Source: Candidatus Saccharimonadota bacterium (GTDB lineage: Bacteria; Patescibacteriota; Saccharimonadia; Saccharimonadales; Saccharimonadaceae). Taken from it: a stretch of DNA of 32,000 bases. Shown here piece by piece: positions 15,705-24,298 of the stretch. Position numbers and translations under genes: made by a program. The DNA lies in contig MKSO01000001.1 of the NCBI GenBank assembly GCA_001897305.1, positions 480,001 to 512,000 of the forward strand, written 5' to 3'. How positions within the stretch are numbered: position 1 is the stretch's first letter; every line of letters starts with the position of its first letter. The notes beneath the pieces were generated by a model, which worked only from the letters and a program-made list of their open reading frames with translations, was not told the DNA's origin and ran no database searches.

Positions 15705-16928
15705 ATGAAAATATTAATGTTGGGATGGGAACTCCCGCCACACAACAGTGGTGGTTTGGGTGTAGCATGCTACCACCTATCAAAAGCCTTAGCGCTTAAG
15801 GGTACTTCTATCGACTTTGTCGTGCCTTATTCAGCGCCACACGATGACATCGACTTTATGACGGTGCATCACGCCACATCACTATCACCACTCCACAAAT
15901 TTGGTATGGGGGCTTACGATAGCTCTTTCTTACTGGAAACCGTCGAGCGTCCTAATACAGCCGAATCTATTAATATCCGCGCCATCCAAGCTCAATACGG
16001 GCGTTTCGTCGAGGACTTCGTCACCAAGAACGAGTTCGACACTATTCACGCTCACGACTGGCTCACTATGGAGGCTGGCATTCGGGCCAAGGAATTAACC
16101 AATAAGCCTCTCATTGTACATGTTCACGCTACCGAGTTCGACCGCGCGGGCGGTTCGGCTGGCAACCCAATCGTACATGAAATCGAATACCAAGGTCTCC
16201 TTATGGCCGACCGCATCATCGCCGTCAGTGCCGCAACCAAGCAAATTATTATTGAGAAATACCGTATTCCTGCTAGCAAAATTGAGGTGATGTACAACGC
16301 TATCGATACCCTCAGTTTCGACGATGGCTACCAATACGACCAACGTACCTACCGCTACCTTGAGGGCCTAAAGTCCGAGGGGTACACAATTATTAGCGCT
16401 GTTACACGCCTTACTATTCAAAAGGGGCTTGGTAACCTTGTGCGTGCCCTAGCAAAAGCCGTCGAGAAATACGATCGTCTGGTGTTACTACTAGCCGGCG
16501 ATGGCGAGCAACGTGACGAACTCATCCGCTTAGCAGCTGAACTCGGCATATCTGATAAAGTCTTCTTTACCGGCTTCGTACGCGGAAAACAATGGCGCGA
16601 CGCGTATAGTGTTTCAGACATATTCGTACTTAGTTCTGTTAGTGAACCTTTTGGCTTAACCGCCCTCGAGGCCGCCCATCACGATAACGCCGTTATCGTC
16701 ACTAAGCAATCTGGCGTTGGCGAAGTATTGAACAGTATCTTCCGCTACGACTTCTGGGATGTCGACCGCCTAGCTGACCAACTAGTCGGTATCGCGACTT
16801 CCCCGTCTCTTAAGCAGTCGCTTCGCGAAAACGTTACACGTGAGTACGCCCGCTTATCATGGCATGATATCGCTGCACAATGCGTCGCATTGTATCAGTC
16901 GGTACGCCCATTAGGAGTTGCTGTATGA
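15705..16928 (+). CDS. glycogen-synthase-like retaining GT-B glycosyltransferase (GT4/GT5-like)
   Basis: 407 aa. KILMLGWELPPHNSGGLGVA N-terminus and EPFGLTALEA (E-x7-E). The TGA stop overlaps the next ATG (ATGA). Confidence 0.85.
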   Translation: MKILMLGWELPPHNSGGLGVACYHLSKALALKGTSIDFVVPYSAPHDDIDFMTVHHATSLSPLHKFGMGAYDSSFLLETVERPNTAESINIRAIQAQYGRFVEDFVTKNEFDTIHAHDWLTMEAGIRAKELTNKPLIVHVHATEFDRAGGSAGNPIVHEIEYQGLLMADRIIAVSAATKQIIIEKYRIPASKIEVMYNAIDTLSFDDGYQYDQRTYRYLEGLKSEGYTIISAVTRLTIQKGLGNLVRALAKAVEKYDRLVLLLAGDGEQRDELIRLAAELGISDKVFFTGFVRGKQWRDAYSVSDIFVLSSVSEPFGLTALEAAHHDNAVIVTKQSGVGEVLNSIFRYDFWDVDRLADQLVGIATSPSLKQSLRENVTREYARLSWHDIAAQCVALYQSVRPLGVAV

Positions 16929-18154
16929 GCAAGCGTGGCATAACTCTTTACCTTCACGTTCACCAGCCGTACCGCGTCCGCGAATATAGCGTTTTCGATA
17001 CAGCCATAGATCACAATTACTTTACAGACCCCGACCCGCTCAGTAACCGTAATAACCAAAAAATCTTTAACAAAGTTGCCGACAAGTCATACCGGCCAAT
17101 GAATAGCTTGCTCGAAAAGCTATTAGCAGACCACCCAGAGTTTAAAGTATCGCTCAGCATTACCGGTACCTTTATCGACCAAGCGTCGGCCTGGGCACCC
17201 GATGTACTGGAAAGCTTCCAACGTCTTGTGCGTACCGGTCGGGTTGAAATTGTATCAGAAACTTATTACCACTCACTCGCCTTTTTCTACAGCCGCGCTG
17301 AATTTGAACGACAAGTCGAGGCGCACAAAGCAAAAATCAAAGAAATATTTGGCGTCGAAACATCAGTCTTTCGCAATACCGAGCTTGCCTACAACGACGA
17401 GCTGGCCCAATGGGCCGATGCGTATGGCTTTAAGGGTATTTTAGCCGAAGGCTGGGACCCCATTCTAGACTGGCGCAGCCCTAACTTCGTCTACCAACCA
17501 GAGGGCACTGAAAATATTGCACTCTTACTCAAGAACTACAAACTGTCTGACGACCTAGCCTTCCGTTTTAGCAACCAAGGCTGGCAAGAATGGCCGCTCA
17601 CCGTTGATAAATACAATTCGTGGGTAGAGTCATCCATTTACGACCAGCCGCTCGTCAACTTATTCATGGACTACGAGACATTCGGCGAACACCAATGGGA
17701 AGACACTGGCATCTTTAATTTCTTTGAAGAATTTGTAAACCGCTGGCTCAGCAACCCAGACAACACGTTCTATACTGTTTCTGAAGCGATCGACGCTAAC
17801 AAACCAGTTGGCACCCTCAGTATGCCACAAACCGTTACTTGGGCAGACAGCGAGCGCGACCTTACCGCTTGGCTTGGCAATAGCCTGCAGCACGAGGCGA
17901 TGCGCCACCTATACTCGCTTGAAGATGACATCCTACGCTCTGGCGATGGTGAGCTTATTTCCGACTGGCGCAAGCTACAAACATCCGATCATGCCTACTA
18001 CATGTGTACCAAGTGGTTTACTGATGGTGATGTCCACGCTTACTTTAGCCCCTATAGTTCACCGTACGATGCCTTTTTATACTACATGAATGCTATTCGC
18101 GATGTTCGTTGGCGACTGCACGAAACCCATAAAACCGGAGGACTGAGTGGCTAG
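16925..18154 (+). CDS. GH57 family glycoside hydrolase (alpha-amylase-like)
   Basis: LYLHVHQPYR N-terminal signature. ATG 16925 (ATGA coupling) is preferred over the track start at 16880. Confidence 0.85.
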   Translation: MSKRGITLYLHVHQPYRVREYSVFDTAIDHNYFTDPDPLSNRNNQKIFNKVADKSYRPMNSLLEKLLADHPEFKVSLSITGTFIDQASAWAPDVLESFQRLVRTGRVEIVSETYYHSLAFFYSRAEFERQVEAHKAKIKEIFGVETSVFRNTELAYNDELAQWADAYGFKGILAEGWDPILDWRSPNFVYQPEGTENIALLLKNYKLSDDLAFRFSNQGWQEWPLTVDKYNSWVESSIYDQPLVNLFMDYETFGEHQWEDTGIFNFFEEFVNRWLSNPDNTFYTVSEAIDANKPVGTLSMPQTVTWADSERDLTAWLGNSLQHEAMRHLYSLEDDILRSGDGELISDWRKLQTSDHAYYMCTKWFTDGDVHAYFSPYSSPYDAFLYYMNAIRDVRWRLHETHKTGGLSG

Positions 18155-20093
18155 ACCGATCGTTTTGTCGAATGGCGAATTACATGTTGGCCTAAACAAA
18201 TATGGGGTGGTGCACGATCTGTACTATCCTTATGTCGGTTTTGAAAATCACTCGGCCGGTGCCGGGTTGCGCCATAAGGTTGGTGTACTGATTGACGGTA
18301 CGTTGAGCTGGACCGATGACGATAGTTGGTCGTTTGATTTCAGCTATCCTCACACTTCCCTTATTGGTCATACGGTTGCCAAAAACGAAGCGTTAGGTAT
18401 CATTCTTGAATTCGACGACCTGGTTGATGCCGAGATGAGCGTATTCATCCGTAATATTCATATCATTAACCAACGCGATCAAAAGCGTGACGTTAAGCTG
18501 TTTATGTACCAAGCTTTTGCAATTGGTGATTCACGCAGTAATACCGATACAGCTCAGTATCTGCCTGACAGCGATGCCATTTTACACTACCGCGGCCGAC
18601 GCGCCTTTATTATTGGCGGTGCCCGTGTATCGGACTCAACACCTTTTGATCAATATTCGGTTGGCCTTTTCGGCGACCAAGAACACGAGGGTTCATTCCG
18701 TGATGCCGAAGATGGCGAGCTAGGCGGCAACAACGTTGAACACGGACGGGTCGACTCCATTCTCCGTTTCAGTCTTACACTCGAGGCGCACTCTTCGGAA
18801 CGTATTCACTATTGGCTGGCCGCTGGCTTGAATACCCGTGAAGCCCTCTACATTCACAAACAAATTCAAGAGCACGGCATTCATAACCGTATCAACGCTA
18901 CCGCAAGATGGTGGCACGAATGGCTACAACCAGGCTTCGACACCGCCCAACAGCTCCCCGAACACTACCGCGAACATTTCATCGAAAGCCTCATGATTAT
19001 TAAATCGCAGCTTGATAAGCGCGGTGCGGTCATTGCCAGTACCGACAGCACGCTCCTCAACTACTCAAAAGACGGCTACGCCTATTGCTGGCCCCGTGAC
19101 GGCGCCAATGTAGTGTGGCCGCTCATTCGCCTTGGCTACTACCAAGAGCCGTACGCCTTTTTCGAATTTTGCCGACGAGCCTTGCACCCCAATGGCTACC
19201 TTATGCACAAATACCGTGCCGATGGCGCCCTAGGTAGCAGCTGGCACCCTTACGTACATGGTGACATTATTGCGCCACCCATCCAAGAAGACGAAACGGC
19301 CTTGGTGGTATTTGTATTTATTCAATTCTACCTTACCACTAAAAACCCGGCTCTTATTAAAGATTTCTACGCCTCGATGATCAAACCAATGGCAGACTTC
19401 ATGGCTGAATACATCGACGAAACCACCGGGCTACCAAAACCAAGCTATGACCTCTGGGAAGAGCGATTCCTCATTAATACACACACCACCGCAGTCACCT
19501 ATGCAGCACTCGTCGCAGCTTCAGAGTTCGCCTCAATCGCCGGTGATAATACCAGTGCTGTAAAATGGCGCAGTGCCGCAGATGACATCCAAGCCGCTGC
19601 TCATACTCACTTGTTTAACGAAGAACGACAAGTCTTTTATAGGGGTCTTATTGTTAATGACGGTACGATCGTCCACGATGCGACAATCGACACTGCCGCC
19701 GTATTTAGTGCCTTTATGTTTGGCCTGTTCGCCAGCGATAGCCACGAAGTGAAGGCCTCAATACAAGCTGTTGAAACCCACCTTCAAACCGACGCTACCG
19801 CACCAGGTCTGCCTCGCTACGAGGATGACAATTACCGACGCGCTAACCCATCTATTAATGGAAATTGGTGGTATATTACTACCTTATGGAAAGCTCAGTA
19901 CGACCTTGAGACAAACAACGAGAAAGCAGCCCTATCAACCATTGATTGGCTCCAGCAGTTCATTCTTTCAACCGGTATGATGGGCGAGCAAATTGACCCG
20001 ACAAACTACCAGGTCATTTCCCCTGTTCCCCTAACATGGACCCATGCCGAATACGTCTCGACATTACTTGACCTTATCGGCAAGGATCACTAA
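18147..20093 (+). CDS. GH15 family glucoamylase-like hydrolase
   Basis: 648 aa. YCWPRDGA and an (alpha/alpha)6-type C-terminal region. GGAGG SD, GTG start overlapping the GH57 stop. Confidence 0.85.
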   Translation: MARPIVLSNGELHVGLNKYGVVHDLYYPYVGFENHSAGAGLRHKVGVLIDGTLSWTDDDSWSFDFSYPHTSLIGHTVAKNEALGIILEFDDLVDAEMSVFIRNIHIINQRDQKRDVKLFMYQAFAIGDSRSNTDTAQYLPDSDAILHYRGRRAFIIGGARVSDSTPFDQYSVGLFGDQEHEGSFRDAEDGELGGNNVEHGRVDSILRFSLTLEAHSSERIHYWLAAGLNTREALYIHKQIQEHGIHNRINATARWWHEWLQPGFDTAQQLPEHYREHFIESLMIIKSQLDKRGAVIASTDSTLLNYSKDGYAYCWPRDGANVVWPLIRLGYYQEPYAFFEFCRRALHPNGYLMHKYRADGALGSSWHPYVHGDIIAPPIQEDETALVVFVFIQFYLTTKNPALIKDFYASMIKPMADFMAEYIDETTGLPKPSYDLWEERFLINTHTTAVTYAALVAASEFASIAGDNTSAVKWRSAADDIQAAAHTHLFNEERQVFYRGLIVNDGTIVHDATIDTAAVFSAFMFGLFASDSHEVKASIQAVETHLQTDATAPGLPRYEDDNYRRANPSINGNWWYITTLWKAQYDLETNNEKAALSTIDWLQQFILSTGMMGEQIDPTNYQVISPVPLTWTHAEYVSTLLDLIGKDH

Positions 20094-20765
20094 ATGTCAC
20101 GCCCTTCGCTCGTAAGACAATTGCATAGAGCAATTTCGGTTGCTGCCCGACAGCGAGCCGCAGCCATAAAGCAATTCGGCCGCACCGTGGGGCTGGTGCA
20201 TTTTGGTAGCGTGGACCAACATACCGACGAGCACGAAGCAATTCATGGTTTTACTGCCTCTCTTAGCCACAACGATTCTCATTACATGGTAGGCACCTAC
20301 AACGGCTACAATATTCGTTTTGTTGACCGTTTTGACGTCATAAAGTCACACGGGAAACGCCACGAACAAACCTGGGCCTTATTAGAAATTGAACTCGAGT
20401 CACACTCTATCCCCCACACCCTTTTTATCCCCACAGGCAAAGAAGCGGGCGAATATTCACGTGTCTATGCCACCCAGCTACACCTCCACCCCCTTAACTC
20501 GATGATATTTGCCAACCATAGCCCAGAGTTTCATGGCCGTTTCCAAATTTTAGCTAACCCTACGCATGCCCAAAAAGTATCTGAGCTCTTTACTTCACCG
20601 CTTATTGTTGGCATAGCCAGCCGCTTTTGGCCCCACGCCATTGAACTCGAGCACAACAAGCTTATCGTGTACATAACAGAACACCGCCTTACAAAGACGG
20701 TGTTAGAGTCGACACTTGCTTCTGCCTTATGGCTGGCCGAAGCAATTGATTCAACCAGAGATTAG
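20094..20765 (+). CDS. hypothetical protein (223 aa), translationally coupled to GH15
   Basis: The ATG directly follows the GH15 TAA (TAAATG). No recognisable motif. Confidence 0.6.
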   Translation: MSRPSLVRQLHRAISVAARQRAAAIKQFGRTVGLVHFGSVDQHTDEHEAIHGFTASLSHNDSHYMVGTYNGYNIRFVDRFDVIKSHGKRHEQTWALLEIELESHSIPHTLFIPTGKEAGEYSRVYATQLHLHPLNSMIFANHSPEFHGRFQILANPTHAQKVSELFTSPLIVGIASRFWPHAIELEHNKLIVYITEHRLTKTVLESTLASALWLAEAIDSTRD

Positions 20766-20968
20766 CTTTTGCGAGCTTTAACTTCGTTGCGACCAAGGTT
20801 CTTCTTGGTTTCGGTGTAGACTGCGTGCTTACGAGCAACTGGGTCGTATTTTTTCAAGCTAATTTTTTCAGTAGTGTTCTGAGTATTTTTAGTAGTGTAG
20901 TACGTACGGTGACCAGTCAATTCACTGACTAAACCAATCAACTTACGCTTCGTGTTCTTCTTTGCCAT
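20762..20968 (-). CDS. rpmG: 50S ribosomal protein bL33
   Basis: [16 protein letters not shown]...YYTTKNTQN...[18 protein letters not shown]. Cys-less form with a short basic C-terminal tail. Confidence 0.85.
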   Translation of the reverse strand: MAKKNTKRKLIGLVSELTGHRTYYTTKNTQNTTEKISLKKYDPVARKHAVYTETKKNLGRNEVKARKS

Positions 20969-21014
20969 AACTTCCCTTATAAAATTGTTAGATAACTAGG
21001 ACTTTCAGGGGTTA

Positions 21015-21023
21015 ATTATAGCA
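21015..21023 (-). promoter_or_regulatory. extended -10 (TGcTATAAT) of rpmG, followed by a leader with an SD
   Basis: Minus strand: TTTTTTGCTATAAT, about 40 nt, AAGGGAAGttATG. Confidence 0.5.
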
Positions 21024-21046
21024 AAAAAGATACCTTAAAACAAGCC

Positions 21047-21448
21047 CTAGACTTTTTCAATATTATCGACAGTCATTTGGAGAAAATGATCGCGAGTATC
21101 CTTAGCGCCTTGAAGAAGGTCTTCTTTGGTAACCCACTTGTAATCGGCATGTTCCCAGCTTAAGGTGACTTCAGGGCTATCCTTTGCTAATACGGCATAT
21201 AAGGCAAACTGCGTGCCAACGCGTGAATAGCGCCTTGTCTTCTCAATAAGCCTGAGTTGATCGTGATCCAAGCGAATGCCGGATTCTTCATATACTTCAC
21301 GAATAGCCGCCTCTTCAAGCGTTTCACCCTTTTCCAACGTTCCACCGGGCAAATCCATAGCATTACCGAAGATAGGATGGTTATTCCTAAAAAGCACAAG
21401 ATATTTGCCCTCAGGATTTTTAAATAGAACCTTGGCGACTTTTAACAT
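21047..21448 (-). CDS. NUDIX hydrolase
   Basis: Nudix box GTLEKGETLEEAAIREVYEESGI. ATG 21448 is preferred over the track's TTG at 21460, which lies only 5 nt from the tRNA 3' end. Confidence 0.85.
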   Translation of the reverse strand: MLKVAKVLFKNPEGKYLVLFRNNHPIFGNAMDLPGGTLEKGETLEEAAIREVYEESGIRLDHDQLRLIEKTRRYSRVGTQFALYAVLAKDSPEVTLSWEHADYKWVTKEDLLQGAKDTRDHFLQMTVDNIEKV

Positions 21449-21465
21449 AATTTCAAACAAAAAAA

Positions 21466-21735
21466 TGGAGCCACGATCGGGGCTTGAACCCGAGACCTCA
21501 TCCTTCGCTTACACCTCTTCTTCTATGTCGCTAAAAGAGGGCTAGACTGTATCTTAGGCATATTACACATTGTAACGTAGCCTCCCTTGTCAGTCGTTCG
21601 GGCGATTGTATCGCCACGGTCTTACCCAGCGAGGGCTTTAACCGTAATTCGGGATTCACTCGTAAATTTCTCTACAAGTGGGCAGGGCCTTTGCGACCTA
21701 CCATGGATGCGCTCTACCAACTGAGCTATCGCGGC
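21466..21735 (-). tRNA. tRNA-Thr (anticodon GGU) interrupted by a group I intron; CCA encoded
   Basis: 5' exon 21735-21700: GCCGCGA-TA-GCTC-AGTTGGTA-GAGC-G-CATCC-AT-GGT. 3' exon 21505-21466: AA-GGATG-AGGTC-TCGGG-TTCAAGC-CCCGA-TCGTGGC-T-CCA. The joined exons give a 76-nt cloverleaf closely resembling bacterial tRNA-Thr(GGU). Confidence 0.85.
21506..21699 (-). ncRNA. group I intron (ORF-less, ~194 nt) between tRNA positions 36 and 37
   Basis: The exon ends in U, giving a U.G pair in P1 (GGU|AGG with CCUGCC). Other helices: P2 CACUUGUA/UACGAGUG; P3 UCCC/GGGA; P4 ACGGU/ACCGU; P5 GCCC/GGGU; P6 GGCGA/UCGCC; P7 GACUG/CAGUC; P9 CCUCUU/AAGAGG. The string AAGAUACAGUC resembles the conserved AAGAUAUAGUC. 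The intron ends in G. Confidence 0.75.
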
Positions 21736-22274
21736 ACACTTAATTGATCAACCAACCAGTTCCTAAGCTTCATGTTAAAAACATAAACCGTCAGTACACC
21801 ATAATGGTTTTTCATTTTGTACGTACCTATTTTACCACTTTTTATACAATTTATAGTAGGCATAACTTGGTTTTTATTAATCTTTAGAGTATTAACCCAA
21901 TAAGACAGAGCTATTTTAGGATCTATATCGCTAAAAATCTGCAAACTAAACTTAATTTTACTCCGATCTACGCCGCAGATTTTTACAAGGAAATCAATAA
22001 ATACAGCAAGCAATCTAGGGTCAGTATTGCCAACGCGAACTGTGTGTTTGTTTTTCTTGTTTCCTTCTCCCCAATAGATACCGAGACCAAGCCCAAATAG
22101 TATCCGATCGCTGGGCGATAGTTTACGAGAAATCATAAAACCATCATCAACGCCATGTTTTTTAGCAAAAATCGCTTCACTAATTGAGCGTTTTTGTATA
22201 TTAAACTTATTTAGCCAATAATCAACCTTGGATGACGAGTAGCCCAATGAGCGAGCTATATCACTGACCGACAT
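21726..22274 (-). CDS. LAGLIDADG-like homing endonuclease with an N-terminal HTH, free-standing
   Basis: 182 aa, AT-rich. HTH-like SVSDIARSLGYSSSKVDYWLNKF and a single motif FGLGLGIYWGEGNK. The stop codon lies inside the tRNA-Thr 5' end. Confidence 0.55.
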   Translation of the reverse strand: MSVSDIARSLGYSSSKVDYWLNKFNIQKRSISEAIFAKKHGVDDGFMISRKLSPSDRILFGLGLGIYWGEGNKKNKHTVRVGNTDPRLLAVFIDFLVKICGVDRSKIKFSLQIFSDIDPKIALSYWVNTLKINKNQVMPTINCIKSGKIGTYKMKNHYGVLTVYVFNMKLRNWLVDQLSVPR

Positions 22275-22354
22275 TCGCTTTTTACATACAAATCAACTAA
22301 AAGGTCTTTATCCACCTACACCATTGTAAATAAGAATTCTTAAATCAATTTAAA

Positions 22355-22624
22355 CTATTTCTTACGAGGCTTGCTCGATGGTACTTCAAGGCTAGGCACT
22401 ACAAACGTACGAATAATAGCCGTCATAACGCCATTAGCTATAAATGTTAGACCGGCAATAAAAGCAAAGAATAGAATAGTTTGACCTAAGTTGTAGTTAA
22501 TAAGGCTTACAATACCGGCGAGCAAAAACAACGCAACCGCTAATACAATATAGCCAGCCTGTTGTTTAGTAAACGCATCGGAACGCTTGTTCCAAGCCTG
22601 TAAAGATTTCTTAAACTCTTGCAT
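22355..22624 (-). CDS. small membrane protein (89 aa, 2 TM)
   Basis: MQEFKKSLQAWNKRSDAF... followed by two hydrophobic spans and a basic tail. ATG 22624 is preferred because a consensus extended -10 lies 6 nt upstream. Confidence 0.6.
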   Translation of the reverse strand: MQEFKKSLQAWNKRSDAFTKQQAGYIVLAVALFLLAGIVSLINYNLGQTILFFAFIAGLTFIANGVMTAIIRTFVVPSLEVPSSKPRKK

Positions 22625-22639
22625 ATTTATATTATAGCA
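22625..22639 (-). promoter_or_regulatory. consensus extended -10 abutting the start (predicted leaderless)
   Basis: Minus strand: TGcTATAAT, then ataaat (6 nt), then ATG. Confidence 0.5.
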
Positions 22640-22668
22640 TAATAGGTAAAATAATGCAATTGTCACCC

Positions 22669-23988
22669 CTATTTATCATATAGGTCAAGCACCACCAGGT
22701 GCTCAATATGTGGTGTGTGAGGAAAGAAATTGTAGCCCTTATGATGCTTTATGCCATAGGCAGTAGTCAGCAGGGCAACATCACGGGCTTGTGTCACCGG
22801 GTTGCATGACAAATAGATAATACGTGGTGGCTTTTCTTCGAGGAGTCGCTCTATGACGGCTTCGTGTAGCCCGGCTCGGGGTGGGTCTACAATGATAGTC
22901 TTCCCGGATGTAATATATTCGAGTGCCTGTTCGCTCGCCGCTAACACAGGCGTCGCCTTTTTACCCAACAATTCAACATTTCGCTGCATTTCTCGCACGG
23001 CGTGTTCGTTAATCTCCACCAGAGTAACATCATCGCCGCCAATCGTTAGGCCAATCGAACCAACACCGCTATACAAATCAACTACCGGCTTACCTTCTTC
23101 AACCCAACCGGCCATGTCGCGTAGTGCTTGTTCATAAACGGGCAGATTTACCTGGAAGAAGCCTTCTGTTGCGTAACGAAAAGGCACACCTAAAATCGTA
23201 TCAGTCAGGGTTGTTTCACCTACAGCTAAGATTCGCCGTGTAATGACACTGGCCGGAGATTTAGGGTTGCTGTAAATGACTTCACCACCCAAAGCACTAA
23301 ACTGCATAGCCTCCTGCTCATTCATAAAAGGAAGCTCATCATCTTTTATGTACAACTGCCACACACATTCGTGCTGAGCGTTGCACCGTATTAGTAATGT
23401 TTTAAGCGACCGAGCCTGTACGCCTTTTGCCTGGAGGAAATCACGAATTTCATGCGCCAGTCGCACCATTTCTTCGGGCAATAGGGCGCTGTCTTCTAAT
23501 GGGACCTTCCCCTTGCTGCCCCGCCGAAAAAAGGCCAAGTCAAGTTTGTCGGTATCAGTGCTATTTTCATTTACAGTATTGCTATACCAGCTAAATTCTA
23601 CCTTATTACGGTAATGATACTCATGGCCATCGGTATACACTTCGATTGGGTTGGGTAAAACGATATCGTGTAGCTCGAAAGCTTCTTCAATTAAGGCCGC
23701 CTTGTAGCGCCGTTCGGTGGTCATGGGCATAATTTGCCAAGGACTGGTCGATAGATAGCTTTCGGCGTCGCGTGGTTCAATGCGTTCCGGGCTCGCTTTT
23801 AGCACTTCTTTTACAAAGCCTTCCGCGTACGAAGCCTTTTTCTTTGTTAGCTGTACGCGAACTTGCTCATCGGGCAAACCACCCCAGACAAACACTTTAC
23901 GGCCATCTTCAAGCGTACCCAAAGCCTGCCCGCCACCAACAATTTTTTCGAGCGTTATAACAACTTCGGGTAAAGATTTTTTAGACAT
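22669..23988 (-). CDS. RumA/TrmA-family RNA (uracil-5-)-methyltransferase with a TRAM domain
   Basis: 439 aa. TRAM-like N-terminus, VVDLYSGVGSIGL SAM motif, VDPPRAGL and YLSCNP. Confidence 0.85.
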   Translation of the reverse strand: MSKKSLPEVVITLEKIVGGGQALGTLEDGRKVFVWGGLPDEQVRVQLTKKKASYAEGFVKEVLKASPERIEPRDAESYLSTSPWQIMPMTTERRYKAALIEEAFELHDIVLPNPIEVYTDGHEYHYRNKVEFSWYSNTVNENSTDTDKLDLAFFRRGSKGKVPLEDSALLPEEMVRLAHEIRDFLQAKGVQARSLKTLLIRCNAQHECVWQLYIKDDELPFMNEQEAMQFSALGGEVIYSNPKSPASVITRRILAVGETTLTDTILGVPFRYATEGFFQVNLPVYEQALRDMAGWVEEGKPVVDLYSGVGSIGLTIGGDDVTLVEINEHAVREMQRNVELLGKKATPVLAASEQALEYITSGKTIIVDPPRAGLHEAVIERLLEEKPPRIIYLSCNPVTQARDVALLTTAYGIKHHKGYNFFPHTPHIEHLVVLDLYDK

Positions 23989-24060
23989 CTGTATTAGTAT
24001 ATACTTTTTTAGCTTTCACCTCTAGCATGAGCCGTAAAATATGATAAAATAGAACATGTC

Positions 24061-24137
24061 GCCGCCTTAGCTCAGTTGGTTAGAGCGGCTGTTTTGTAAA
24101 CAGTAGGTCCACGGTTCGAATCCGTGAGGCGGCTCCA
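24061..24137 (+). tRNA. tRNA-Thr (anticodon UGU), CCA encoded
   Basis: GCCGCCT-TA-GCTC-AGTTGGTTA-GAGC-G-GCTGT-TTTGTAA-ACAGT-AGGTC-CACGG-TTCGAAT-CCGTG-AGGCGGC-T-CCA. Confidence 0.9.
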
Positions 24138-24161
24138 AATTTATAACTAGGTTACCCATAT

Positions 24162-24246
24162 GCAGGGGTTGTGGAGCGGTCAAACACAGCAGACTGTAAA
24201 TCTGCCACCTTCGGTTTCGCAGGTTCGAATCCTGCCCCCTGTACCA
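24162..24246 (+). tRNA. tRNA-Tyr (anticodon GUA), long variable arm, CCA encoded
   Basis: GCAGGGG...CAGACTGTAAATCTG...variable arm CACCTTCGGTTTC...GCAGG-TTCGAAT-CCTGC-CCCCTGT-A-CCA. Closely parallels bacterial tRNA-Tyr. Confidence 0.9.
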
Positions 24247-24255
24247 AACAAAAGT

Positions 24256-24280
24256 CCTCACGGTTATCGTGAGGTTTTTT
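24256..24280. terminator. intrinsic terminator after the tRNA pair (also faces the TPR gene end)
   Basis: CCTCACG/CGTGAGG stem, 5-nt loop, TTTTTT. Confidence 0.7.
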
Positions 24281-24298
24281 GTTTATCGTAATAAAAGT

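Noticed and set aside
16880-16924. Upstream start for the GH57 gene as given in the ORF track
   Set aside because: It would overlap the preceding gene by 49 nt. ATG 16925 gives the classical ATGA stop/start coupling and the canonical GH57 N-terminus (MSKRGITLYLHVHQPYR).
24067-24261. Track ORF of 64 aa on the minus strand
   Set aside because: It is exactly antisense to tRNA-Thr(UGU) and tRNA-Tyr, so it is an artefact of the tRNA sequences.
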